Source: Octopus bimaculoides (lineage: Eukaryota). From it: a stretch of DNA of 64,000 nucleotides. The number at the start of each line of letters is the position of its first letter. Position 1 is the stretch's first letter. The position numbers were made by a program, and so were the translations under genes. Of this stretch, positions 49,735-62,062 are shown piece after piece. The stretch is from positions 31,890,968 to 31,954,967 of the forward strand of contig NC_069003.1 in NCBI RefSeq assembly GCF_001194135.2. Reading direction: 5' to 3'. The notes beneath the pieces were generated by a model. The model ran no database searches and had not been told where the DNA came from. It saw nothing but the letters and a program-made list of their open reading frames with translations.

Positions 49735-51022
49735 CTACATCTGGATGTGTGTAGTTTAATTCTTAATAACATGCTCATATATTGTTTNNNNNNNNNNAAC
49801 AAAAAAAAGGAAGGGCAAAAAAAAAAAAGAAAAAAAGAAAAAAGAGAAGCTGCACGTATAACACAACTTAGAAGCAGCGCCACAGATGTTTCAACACAAC
49901 ACACACGAGATTGAAACAGCCGACCTCACACACTTCTCATGAGGAATTCCAGAAGAACAATACACTCCAAAAAAAAAAATAGTTTCAAACATGACTTTCC
50001 CCAACAAATGATACAGCAGTAGGTAAAACTGCTTTCCGCAGTTAAGGATAATGAAACTTTAAGTGGATGTATCTGATTTCCACAGTGAAAGGCTTCAAAT
50101 AAGAGTTTTACTAAGTTGGTTGTAATAAAAAAAATTTTAAAATCCGGTGAAAACAGAAAATGAAATCAATGATTATAGTGAAAACAAATAAAATATTAAA
50201 GAAAACAGGATAAATAGCTTTTTCCTGGAAAAAGGGAAGGAAACAACAATAAATGTTATACAAAATAGTTAAACAAATGACGTAATTATAATATCACAGA
50301 CGCCTACAAATAATTTATTGTTATTAAATAATAGCAATAAAAGAACACATTCTTTTATTCTTTCACTCCTCCTCAAAAGTTAAACAACAATAATGAAAGA
50401 ACATTCTATTACTCATTTAATGGTCTCACGCTTCAGATTGTGGCCATGCAACAGCATCGTTTTCAAGGGTTTTAGGTTTTTAATCTATTACATAAAAACC
50501 GGTATTTTATCACCCTCTTACTTCTTTTATTATATGCGTTTAGTGAATGGCTAGATACACCTTAGTATAAGGAGATGTAACTCATACTAAATACTAAAAG
50601 GGTAGGGATTTCTGTATACCAATGCACAGGTCATCCCGTACCAATACGCACATATACATACACACACATACACCAGTTTTGAAAGATCTGAATAAAATAT
50701 AAAGTGAAGGATATTGCCCTTCCCTCTATTACTAAACTATTAATATACACAGATAAACATAGACATATAGTGAAAGAGAGACAATATATAATACACACAT
50801 ATATATATATCTTTTATCTTTTACTTGTTTCAGTCATTAGACTGTGGCCATGGTGGGGCAACGCCTTCAAGAATTTTTAGTTAAATCAACCCAGTAGACA
50901 TTTTTAAAGCCTGGTACTTATCCAATTAATCACTTTTGCCAAACCACTAAGTTATAGGGATATAAACAAACCAAAACCGATTATCAAGCGGTGGTAGGAG
51001 ACAAACACAGATACAAAGAAAG

Positions 51023-51053
<31 letters not shown>

Positions 51054-51280
51054 GGGCTTCTTTCAGTTTCTGTCTACCAAATCCACTCACATGGCTTTGG
51101 TTGGCTGAGTCTGTAATAGAAGACACTTACTCAAGGTGCCATGCAGCAAGATTGAACCCAGAACAGTGTGGTTGGGAAGCAAACTTCTTACCACACAGCT
51201 AAGCCTGCACCTATGCACATATATCTACACACATATATATGTAAATACATATATATACTTACATACATAAATACATACAT

Positions 51281-51319
<39 letters not shown>

Positions 51320-51394
51320 CACAAACACACATATAGACACACATACACATACATATATACACATATGCATACATCCATACACACACGCACATCC

Positions 51395-51425
<31 letters not shown>

Positions 51426-52437
51426 CACATATGCATACACACTTATGCACTCACACACACACGCACCCATTCGACAGTAAATTGGAAATTCGTATTTTTG
51501 CTCAATCTAAAGATATCATATACATCATGGTTCTTTCCTGTCATAAACAACAATATGAGTGTTCTGTAATTACTTGTGCTTGATCAACCTGCACAGATAA
51601 TTTGTTTACAGTGATCAAGTGTTTGTGCTGCTGCACATTAGTTCATTCTCTCCATCAAATTAAAGTTGCCAAAACAGGTGCACAGTGTATCATACATCAG
51701 ATGTCGAAATTACCACAGTGCAACAGGAAATGAGATGTTTTTCCCCAAGAACACACTGCACTGCTGGGTCTGGGAATTGAAACCGCAACCTTGCAATCAT
51801 TAGTACAATATCCTAACAAGTAGACCGCACACCTTCACTATATAACTGCTTAAGAGGAACCGTCAAGCCAAGTGCACACCCGTGCTGGTGCTACATAAAA
51901 AAAAATCAACCTTTGAACATCGGGCCTCATAGGGGCAAGGTAGCTGAGTACCTTTCGAGAGTTAGGCCTCACAGAGGTGGGGTAGCTGAGTTCCTTTCGA
52001 GCGTTGGGCCTCATGGAGGCAAAATGGTCAAGCTCCTGGGTTGCATGGAGGCAAAGTGGCTGAGTTCCTTTTGAGTGTTGGCGTTAGGAAGAGCATCCAG
52101 CCATAGAAAACCATGCCAAATCAGCCTGGATCCTGATACAGCTTTCTAGCATGCCAGCCCAGTCAAACTGTCCAACCGATGCCAAGATGGACAACAGATG
52201 ATGATGATGATGGTGGTGATGATGATACATGGTGCCATGCAAAAAGTGCTGATGCCATGTAAAAAGCACCCAGTACACTCTGTAAAGTGGTTGGCATTAG
52301 GAAGGACATCCAGCTGTAGAAACACTATGGAACCTTGGCCTTTCCAGTTTCTGTCAAATTGTCCAACCCATGCCAGCATGGAAAACGGACATTAAATGAT
52401 GATGATGATTATGAAGATAATGCATACATACACACAC

Positions 52438-52475
<38 letters not shown>

Positions 52476-52552
52476 CTCAAGCACAGGATGATGCTAATAA
52501 TATAGCCTCAACAGGATAAGCTATCCCTATTTTTGCAGAAAAAAGTATTGGC

Positions 52553-52628
52553 GGCCAGCTATGAGACTCGAACTCACACCTCCGTGATTACGCGTCGCGG
52601 TGCTCTAGACCGATTAAGCTAAACTGCC
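52553..52628 (-). tRNA. tRNA-Thr(CGT)-like cloverleaf; probable pseudogene or tRNA-derived element
   Basis: Minus strand GGCAGTTTAGCTTAATCGGTCTAGAGCACCGCGACGCGTAATCACGGAGGTGTGAGTTCGAGTCTCATAGCTGGCC. A box, D stem GCTT/GAGC, T arm GTGAG-TTCGAGT-CTCAT, acceptor stem 6/7 paired, loop CG-CGT-AA, T6 terminator 8 nt downstream. Defects: G2:G71 mismatch, G instead of U33, 6-bp anticodon stem with a C:A mismatch. Confidence 0.6.
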
Positions 52629-53439
52629 CCCACAACACACTCTTCCACAAATTTAAGATGTATAGAAATCTGGCTTTATGAGACGCTATTATACATTAAA
52701 TTCAAATTACGATGAACGTAAACAAACGAAGTTTGCTTTTAGAAGTGTTGAGATGTCTTATGGGAGACCAGCAGTCGCCCATACATACAGGCCTCCCCTC
52801 TCCACACTATTGATGTTATCCAAGGGAAAGGCAAAGGCTGATACAGCCTGGCACCAGTGACTTCACAACTCATTTCTACAGCTGAGTGAACTGGAGCAAC
52901 GTGAAATAAAGTGTCTTGCTCAAGAACACAACACACAGCCTTGTCCAGGAATCAAATTCACAACCTCATGATTGTGAGGCCAACGCTCTAACCACTGAGC
53001 CATGCATTTCCATAGAGAGAATTACAGCTCTAAATACTTAGATATAAAAGTTTACATCAATAAACAATGACTGCATACAGATTATCTTTGTGACAAAAAG
53101 ATGTATACTCAGATTATAGTTAGTATTCAAACAGTTGAACAAAAGCATAAACTAGAGTAGAGATTTTCTGGTTTTTTCCCCCTGCAGACGATCGGACATA
53201 AACTTACCTTTTATGTTTCTGTCTACACAGCATTTTAATCAGTCTATCCACCAAACTTCATCTTCTCCTCCCACCTCTCACTCTCTACAACATATTCTTT
53301 TACTGGTGTCAGTCATTCAGATGTGGCCATTCTGGGACAACGTCTTAAAGGGGTCTTTTAATTAACTGTTTACACCTTTCAATGCAAGGCAACATAAATA
53401 ACACATATGCACACACTTACATACATACATGATGATGGT

Positions 53440-53705
53440 GGAGGCGCAACGGCCCAGTGGTTAGGGTAGCGGACATGCGGTCGTAGGATCACGGTTTCGA
53501 TTCCCAGACCGGGCATTGTGAATGTTTATTGAGCAAAAACACCTAAAGCTCCACGAGGCTCCTGCAGAGGGTGGTGGTGAACCCTGCCGTACTCTTCCAC
53601 CACAACTTTCTCTCACTCTTTCTTCCTGTTTCTGTTGTACCTGTAATTCAAAGGGCCAGCCTTGTCCACACTCTGTGACATGCTGAATCTCCCCAAGAAC
53701 TACAT
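53440..53705 (+). mobile_element. SINE family B, 3'-truncated
   Basis: Matches 22786-23050 and is joined to a family A tail. Confidence 0.8.
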
Positions 53706-53720
53706 TCTGAAAGATGCCCG

Positions 53721-53759
<39 letters not shown>

Positions 53760-56706
53760 TCCCTCCACCATCGCTTGACAACCGATATTGGTGTGTTTAC
53801 GCCGCCGTAACTTAGCGGTTCGCCAAAAGGGACCAATAGACTAAGTACTAAGCTTACAAAGAATAAGTCCTGGGGTCGATTTGCTCGACTAAAGGCGGTG
53901 CTCCAGCATGGCCGCAGTCAAATGACTGAAACAAGTAAAAGAATAAAAGAATATATTATTATTATATACTATTATATGTGCATAACAGACAGGATGGTCA
54001 CGGCTGGAATGTGTCTGATCACATGACTGCTCACAGCTGAGTCAGGGCTGAGCTGGAGGAGGTTAGACGACAACCGCAACAACAAGAATAAGTAATATCA
54101 GTAGTGTATAGAGTGAAACAATAAAAGTGTTTAGTGAAACTAAATACCACAAGAAGACATGCTATGGTGGAATAGAGGCGGGGGAAAAAGAGCGATGTAT
54201 GGATTTTTGTCCTGATAGGAATCCATACATCAAGATAGGAATCTCTTTTTGTAACCTCTGCTGGAATAATTCATCATCACCATCGTCGTCATCGTCATCA
54301 TCGATATTGTCGTCATCATTGTCGTTGTAGTAGTTGTTGTGGCCATTACTGCCATTATTGTTCCCATTACCACCACCAGCACCACCACCACCACCACCAC
54401 CACTACCATTGCCACCACCAGCACCACCACCACCTGCGCCGCTATCACCTTAGCCATTATCATTATCATCGGTGTAGTTTCTAGCACTAGACTACCATAA
54501 TCAGTTCCAGCACAACAGCCATCACAATCCTCATCAGCACCACCACTACCACTACGACGATGTGAGAATGAGGGTGTAGGTGGTTGTTCGACCAGCTAGA
54601 GATAGCAGCCAAATCATCTACAAATCACTCCTCACCGTCTTAAAACCTTTTTGATACTAACCTGCCTGAGACTTCCCCTGGTTCTATGATTCAAACATCT
54701 TGTTTTAAAATAATTTAACCCATTAGGATTTAAACTTGCCACATCCGGCTTAAATATTCTAACTGCTTTATGTCCAAACTAACCGGATCTGATCTCTCAC
54801 ACCTCTCCTGCAATGTCATTCTAAAAATATAGAATCACATCATTGAAATCTCAAAGCTACAAGATAATCTGAATGGTAAAGGATTAAATTAAAATCTCCC
54901 ATCAAAATTTAATGTTTACTGATGTCCCAAACAACAGGTTTAACCCATTAAGTCCCAGAGTACTTAAATTTCTGAATATTACTTTTAAATTCTTACAAAT
55001 GATTGAAAATAGGTTAAAATGAAAAAATTAATTATTAAAACACCTTTACCTCAAGTAGAAATGGAAATACTCGGTGTCCTATAAATAGGACATTGAGACA
55101 ATGTGATATAGCTTATTTAATGTTCTCATTTAGTGTCCTAATTTATAGGACAGTGGGACTTAATGGGGTTAATAAGGACAAATTCATTTTACTTAGTTGT
55201 TTGTCATTTTGAAAATTTATTACAACAAAGACAGTGTATTTCAACAGAAATATGGTAAGAGAAGGGTTAAATAAAGAATTGACAAAGTAGACAATGATAT
55301 AAAAAAGGAAAGAAATGCATCTAGTACACTCTGTAAAGTGATTGGCATTAGAAAAGACATCCAGCTGTAGAAACCAAACCAAAACAGACTATGGAACCTG
55401 TTGCAGCTCCTGGCCTTTCCAGCTCCTATCAAGCTGTCCAACCCATGCCAGCATGGCAAATAGACATGAAACAATGATGATGGTGGTGATATCATCAAAA
55501 TCTCAAAGCTATGAAATAATGCATGATCGATTCAAAAACAATGTGAATAAAAAAAAGCAATAAGCATTACATCTGACAAAATAAACCAAACGTTAAACAT
55601 TTATGTTATGGTAATTTATGAAAATGATATGAGCTTCAATGTTCTCGACAGCACTGAATAATTAATGGCTTTATTAATTAGAGTATATAAAACGAAACAA
55701 AAATCAATCATATCATTTAAAATTGACTTCGGCGGTGTTCTCTGTGATATGATCTAATCTCAAACAGGTATGAATGCATTAATCTATAATACCTGTAGAT
55801 TAGTACACTTAAAGTATTTATAATTCGGCCTGGCAATATTTCCCTTTGATTACACTCAGTGTCAAGTTGATAGCAGTAATGTGAGACATCGTCTCTGACT
55901 GCTCTTTGTTCTCCCGACACATTGTACTATTACACTTCTGGTTACTGCTCTATTACAGTACCACATTGCTGCTCCGATATTGCATTGTCTCTGCACTGCT
56001 CCCCCCACCATACTCTCTGCATTGTAAATTATTATTATTCTGCTGCTGCTGGAATATTACAGTACTATAGGTTACCACTGCATTTCTGTTGCACAAGAAA
56101 TGCACTATTACAAAACAATAAATTGAACAATTATATCATCATCATCATCATCGTCATTTAACATCCGCTTTCCATGCTAGCATGGGTTGGACAAAAAGCA
56201 ATCTGCAAGCTTTGTGATTGAATTTGGTAGGCGGAAGTTACTGCCGTGTGTGTATATGTCTGTGTATGTGCTTGTGCCTCTCTCCCAAAGAGAGAGAGAG
56301 AGAGAACAATTATATATATATNNNNNNNNNNNNNNNNNNNNNNNNNNNNNNNNNNNNNNNNNNNNNNNNNNNNNNNNNNNNNNNNNNNNNNNNNNNNNNN
56401 NNNNNNNNNNNNNNNNNNNNNNNNNNNNNNNNNNNNNNNNNNNNNNNNNNNNNNNNNNNNNNNNNNNNNNNNNNNNNNNNNNNNNNNNNNNNNNNNNNNN
56501 NNNNNNNNNNNNNNNNNNNNNNNNNNNNNNNNNNNNNNNNNNNNNNNNNNNNNNNNNNNNNNNNNNNNNNNNNNNNNNNNNNNNNNNNNNNNNNNNNNNN
56601 NNNNNNNNNNNNNNNNNNNNNNNNNNNNCAGTCCAGTATTATCCGCACGGATAATTTTAACACAATACTTATATCCAAACGTCCTTGAATTCAGGAGAAA
56701 ACAAAC

Positions 56707-56766
<60 letters not shown>

Positions 56767-57576
56767 TTCTTTCCTCTCTTTCTCACATTCTCTCCCTCCT
56801 TCCCTTTCTTTCTCCCTATTTCTCTCCCTCTCTTTTCCTCCCCTCCTCTCACTTCCTCTCTCCCTCCAACTCTCTCTCCCACCCTCTCCCTCCTTCTTCC
56901 TCTCCACTCTCTCCCCCTCTTATTTCCCCCCATCAAACTTCAACATATCTCATCCTTTATGCGCTCAACTTCCTCATTCACTAGATTTTTCTCATTAAAT
57001 ATAATTCCTGACTAAATACTTGTTCCATAACTAACATGGTGGTGGTGGGGGAGGAGGGCCTGGGGGAATGGTTAAAACAATGTGCCTAAAGTATATCTAA
57101 CAATCATGAATATCCATTGACATAGTTCTTATCCGTTTGTCCATCTTCTCATTATTCCGGAACATTGTTACTCGGTATAGCAAAAAAAACACAGCAGCAT
57201 ATTCTGTGACAGTATTAGCTTAAGTTGGTCACGGAGATAACAACACCCAATATATTAAATTGATAAAACGCACTGAAAATAATCCTGCTTTATACCATGA
57301 TTAAGAAAATAGCTATTCATGGAGTACAGATTATTGTGAGATAAAAAGCTAACAAAGCCAAAAGAAGCATTAAAAGATGAAGGGAAATGATAAGTAACAA
57401 GGGATGTTAGAAAACAATAAGCATGCAAGCACAGATGGATAGAATATCGCATGAAAATTCATCATTTTAGTTTTGAATATCAATGTTCTAAGGGAGTAAA
57501 TGAGTTCTTAAGCAACATTATTCTTAGATGATATTCCTTCTGTTTATCTCATGCAACATTATTCCTGGAGGTGTGT

Positions 57577-57959
57577 TGTTGTTGTTGTTGTTGGCACTCC
57601 GTCGCTTACGACGTCCAGGGTTCCAGTTGATCCCGATCAACGGAAGAGCCCGCTCGTGAAATTAACGTGCAAGTGGATGAGCACTCCACAGACACGAGTA
57701 CCCTTAACGTAGTTCTCAGGGATATTCAGCGTGACACAATGTGACAAGGCTGACCCTTTGAATTACAGGCACAACAGAAACAGGAAGAAAGAGCGAGAGA
57801 AAGTTGTGGTGAAAGAGTACAGCAGGGTTCGCCACCATCCCCTGCTGGAACCTCGTGGAGCTTTAGGTGTTTTCGCTCAATAAACACTCACAACGAATCG
57901 AAACCGCGATCCTATGACCGCGAGTCCGCTGCCCTAACCACTGGGCCATTGCGCCTTCA
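57577..57959 (-). mobile_element. SINE family B, full length with (CAA)n tail and 12-bp TSD
   Basis: TSD ctggaggtgtgt at 57565-57576 and 57960-57971. Confidence 0.85.
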
Positions 57960-59408
57960 CTGGAGGTGTGTAGCCTAGTGGTAAAAGTATTCAACACATG
58001 ATCATAAGATTGCAGTTTCAATTCCTTGCCTAGGCGATGCATTATGTTCTGCAGCAAAATACTTCATTTCATGTTGCTTCAAGCTACTCAGCTGGCAAAA
58101 ATGAATAATCCTGGATGAATCAGCATCCTATTCAGTGGGTAATTGTATATACGCCACGGAAACCGGGAAACCAGCCCTTATGATTCCATAAACCTCAAGA
58201 AGGATGCTCTAATATTATTCCTGATATCATTCCTGTTTATCTCATACAACGTTATTCTTAGTCGATATTCTTCCTGTTTATCTCATGGAAGGCATGTGGT
58301 CTAGTGGTTAGGGTGTTCAACTCATGATCATAAGATTACAGTTTCAATTCCTGGACTGGGCGATGCATTGTGCTCTTGAGCAAAACACTTCATTTCACAT
58401 TGCTCCTGTGATAAACCAGCATCCCATCCAGGATGGTAAATATATACATATGCCACAGAAACTGGGAAGCCAGCCCTTACGAGTGGAGAAGGATGCTTTA
58501 ACATTATTCCTAATTGGTGTTCTTCCTGTTTATCTCCAAGATGAGCTTTGAATGAACAGAATGAAAATATGGATTAGTCCAAAGGAATATGGATTCAACA
58601 AGGAGGAAAAGCATGAACTGATTCATCAAATTGACAACCTGTAACTTAGCAGTTTGGCAAAAGAGACCAATAAAATAAGTACTAGGCTTTAAAAAAAAAG
58701 TAAGTCCTGGCATCAATTTGTTTGACTAAAACCCTTCAAGGTGGTGCTCCAGCATGGCCACAGTCAAATTACTGAAACAAGTAAAAGAATAAAATAATAT
58801 GCTACACCCAATAGAACTACAGAACTACAGAAAACCATAACTCTTTAAGAATACAGTTTTACTGCAACCTAATGCATTTTCGATATAATATAGAATTACA
58901 TGAAATGTTAGTCAGCCAGAATTTTGTATTAACTGCAACGTAATATATCTTCAGCACAATACAGAACTATGTGAAACCAAAGCTAGACATAATTAATACA
59001 TTCGTTGTTGTATTTGTAATGGAATACACTGTCCACGTGTTTCAATTAATTTGGAAAAATAATCAATAATTTAGTGAAATAAATTTTTCATTTGTAAACT
59101 GCTGCGTTGAGCACAACAAAAGGTTTTTAACATGAAATCACGATGAACGGTTATAATTTAAATATAAACACCTTCATATCAGAGGTTTTGAATCAGAGAA
59201 TTGGAGTCAGTCTCAGGGAAGATGGTGTCAAAACAGTTAAACTACAATGTTTTATAACAAACTATTATTATCATCATCATCATCTTCATCATTACTTAAT
59301 GTCCACTTTGCCAATCTTGTACAGGTTAAATGGAAATTACGCAGCTTGACATGTCTTCACTATAATAATGTCAAGTAACGTGAAATAATTATAACTAGCC
59401 AATGGTTA

Positions 59409-59668
59409 TGAGGGGTTGCTGAAAAGTTCCTGGCTTTGGGTAAAAGAAAATACAAGAGGATCAGTTAACTATGATTTTATTCAATGTATAGGAGTGGCTG
59501 TGTGGTAAGTAGCTTGCTTACTAACCACATGGTTCTGGGTTCAGTCCCATTGTGTGGCACCTTGGGCAAGTGTCTTCTACTATAGCCTCGGGCTGACCAA
59601 AGCCTTGTGAGTGGATTTGGTAGACGGAAACTGAAAGAAGCCTGTCGTATATATGTATATATATATAT

Positions 59669-59720
<52 letters not shown>

Positions 59721-60099
59721 ATGTGTGTGTGTTTGTGTGTCTGTGTGTCTGTGTTTGTGCCCCCAACATCACTTGACAACCAATGTTGGTGTGTTTATGT
59801 CCCCGTAACTTAGCGGTTCGGCAAAAGAGACTGATAGAATAAGTACTAGGCTTCCAAAGAATAAGTCCTGGGGTCGATTTGCTCGACTAAAGGCGGTGCT
59901 CCAGCATGGCCACAGTCAAATGACTGAAACAAGTAAAAGAGTAAAAGAGTAAAAGAGAGTATTCACCTCTCAGATTCACACACTTATAGCAGCGGTCCTT
60001 CAGTTTTTCTAAGCCCTGTAAAAAAAACTCTGAAGATTGAACCCCCAATCAGACCTTTAGTGATACCCTTAAAGCCAGGAATTTTTCAGCACCCCATCA
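59409..60099. mobile_element. Mariner/Tc1-type MITE with TA TSD, carrying a nested SINE A
   Basis: About 30-bp TIRs: TA|tgaggggttgctgaaaagttcctggcttt and aaagccaggaatttttcagcaccccatca|TA. The empty site is seen at 60510-60525. Confidence 0.8.
59488..59958 (+). mobile_element. SINE family A, full-length copy
   Basis: tRNA-like head (TGGCTGTGTGGTAAG...GGTTCAGTCCC), ccttgggcaagtg core, internal (TA)n/(TG)n, 3' tail gactgaaacaagtaaaaga. About 20 more copies or fragments, e.g. 755-900, 3855-4010, 8680-8840, 11320-11470, 14575-14735, 19560-19700, 31605-31770, 33355-33505, 33790-34115, 36700-37110, 41240-41590, 43370-43720, 44650-44855, 45670-45840, 50820-51210, 53725-53945, 58630-58790. Confidence 0.85.
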
Positions 60100-60924
60100 T
60101 ACAATAAAGTAGATTATTTCAATGACTTATCTCTGCCTTAGCTATAATGTCTATTTTCCCATGCTTGCACAAGTTAAATGGAGTTTGTTGAGGCAGATTT
60201 TCTACAGCTGGATGCCTTTCCTGTTGCTAAACCTTCACTCGCTTCCAATTAAGGTAAAATTTTCCCATGGCCTAACATGTTTTACACAGAAGACTAGAAA
60301 CGAACAGCATCCCTTGTATGACAGTAATGCTTAACTGGCTCACAGCTATAATTGGAAACACTTGCCCAAGATGCCATGCAGTGGGACTGAACCCAAAACA
60401 CATACGGTTTGGGGAGCAAACTTCTTATCACAGAGCCATGTCTGCGAAATCACACAGCTTGACATATCTTTGGTATAGTAACAAAGTAAATTGCAATAAT
60501 TATAACTAGCCAATAGTTACAATAAAATAGATTATTCCAATGACTTATCTCTGCCTTAGCTGTAATATAATACAGAGTATGAAGATAAAAACTAAACATT
60601 ATATACATCAAATTAGACATATTTCCTGTAATCTACTCCATCTTGAATATATTATTGATGATTTTTCACATAGAATTTCACTTCTATTTCCTACAATTGG
60701 AAAACAAAATTATTACGTATATTCTAAACAATGAGAGGTTTTATTCAAGCCAGCAACACTGAATCTAATGTATATTCTGGGCAGGGAAATGACTCATAAT
60801 ATTCTATTGATTTTTGCCCCTTTTCTAGGGTTTTAGCCTTGTTTTTTTCCTAATTTTTATTTTTATTTTTGCATGTGTAAGGAAATATAGTAGCTTTATG
60901 TTTGTGTGAATGTGTGTGCATCTG

Positions 60925-60978
60925 TGTGGCAGGGGGCATATATGTGGCAGGGGGCATATATGTGGCAGGGGGCATATA
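60925..60978. repeat. Three perfect copies of an 18-bp unit
   Basis: (tgtggcagggggcatata)3. Confidence 0.9.
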
Positions 60979-61234
60979 TGTGTCTGTCTTTAGCTGAATA
61001 ACCTAACCAAATCCTTTTTAACACAAGTGGATGTTATGTTAAATAGTTCATGTTAAAGATATAAAAAAACCCCTTAGTCTTGAATAAAAATCTGCTTATC
61101 CAGATATATTACTGTTTTCGGCAAAACAGTATCTCATCACTTCTACGTTATTTTAAAAAAAGAACTACAATACTGCATCTCATGTTGACTTTACAATTAC
61201 ATATCAATTTAGATTCATACCCTTTTTCTCTTGT

Positions 61235-61268
<34 letters not shown>

Positions 61269-61302
61269 CAAAAGCAACATAGGGTAGGGGATGCCAGAAT
61301 TA

Positions 61303-61530
61303 TTAACCCTTTAGCCTTCCGATTACTCAGTCAAATGTAATCCTTATTTATTCACATTGTTTTGAATTAATCATGCTTTATCTTGCAGCTTCAAGATTTC
61401 AAAATGATTGCTTGTTTAGTTTCAGAATGACACCGTAGGGTAAGTGTGAAAGGCTGGATCTGACCAGTTTGAACATAAAACGAGTGGAATATTTGGGCCG
61501 GATGTGGCCAGTTTAAATGCTAAAGGTTAA
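61303..61530. mobile_element. TTAA-flanked (piggyBac-type) MITE, family G
   Basis: TTAACCCTTTAGC...GCTAAAGGTTAA. Partial copies at 13330-13460, 28640-28726, 32760-32990, 54712-54890, 55498-55580. Confidence 0.75.
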
Positions 61531-61832
61531 AGTATCAAATTCCTTGCACTGCTTGTTCCACCTCTTTACTTCCTCCCTGCAGGGCAAATCCCACTGGCTT
61601 TAACATTTGTTTTCCATCCTTTTAAGCTTTATGAAATAAAGTGCCACTCAAGTACTGGGACCCAATTTCTCTCTCTCTCTCTCTCTCAGAATTGGATGCA
61701 CAATGCTGTAAGAAGAATGCGCAAATGATGGACCAATTAAAATATCATTTCCTTTTAAACAATCACATCTGCTCTACTATAAAGGAAGAATATGGTCATC
61801 ACAGTCATGTGGTGGAATATGGTACAGGATGG

Positions 61833-62062
61833 CAGCGAGCTGACAGAATCGTTAACATTCCGGGCGAAATGCTTAGCGGTATTTCGTCTGCCGCTATATT
61901 CTGAGTTCAAATTCCGCCGAGGTCGACTTTGCCTTTCATCCTTTTGGGATCGATTAAATAAATACCAGTTACACACTAGGGTTGATATAATCAACTTAAT
62001 CCGTTTGTCTGTCCTTGTTTGTCCCCTCTGTGTGTAGCCCCTTGTGGGCAGTAAAGAAATAA
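61833..62062 (+). mobile_element. SINE family D, full length with 18-bp TSD
   Basis: TSD gaatatggtacaggatgg at 61815-61832 and 62063-62080. Other D copies: 5710-5910, 6120-6330, 6340-6560 (all -), 7870-8020, 12280-12450(-), 22236-22445, 27430-27620(-), 28420-28640(-), 47555-47730, 48470-48580. Confidence 0.85.

Larger units (their letters stand above)
7378..56628. other. Assembly gaps (span of the first to last gap)
   Basis: N runs at 7378-7387, 9835-9887, 13962-14164, 15261-16001, 21300-21317, 23914-24409, 24951-25159, 29922-30906, 37845-37854, 43152-43171, 44138-44647, 46618-46975, 49788-49797, 56322-56628. Most are bordered by microsatellites. Confidence 0.95.

Noticed and set aside
53205-53300. 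Strong minus donor AAG|gtaagt with a phase-compatible MLCRQKHK
   Set aside because: It would delete most of the PH domain, and upstream frames are closed. A UTR or alternative first exon cannot be excluded but is unsupported.
57470-57510. Minus-strand FTPL…IDI resembling the PH PLG.IDI motif
   Set aside because: The pieces are in different frames with stops and no splice sites.
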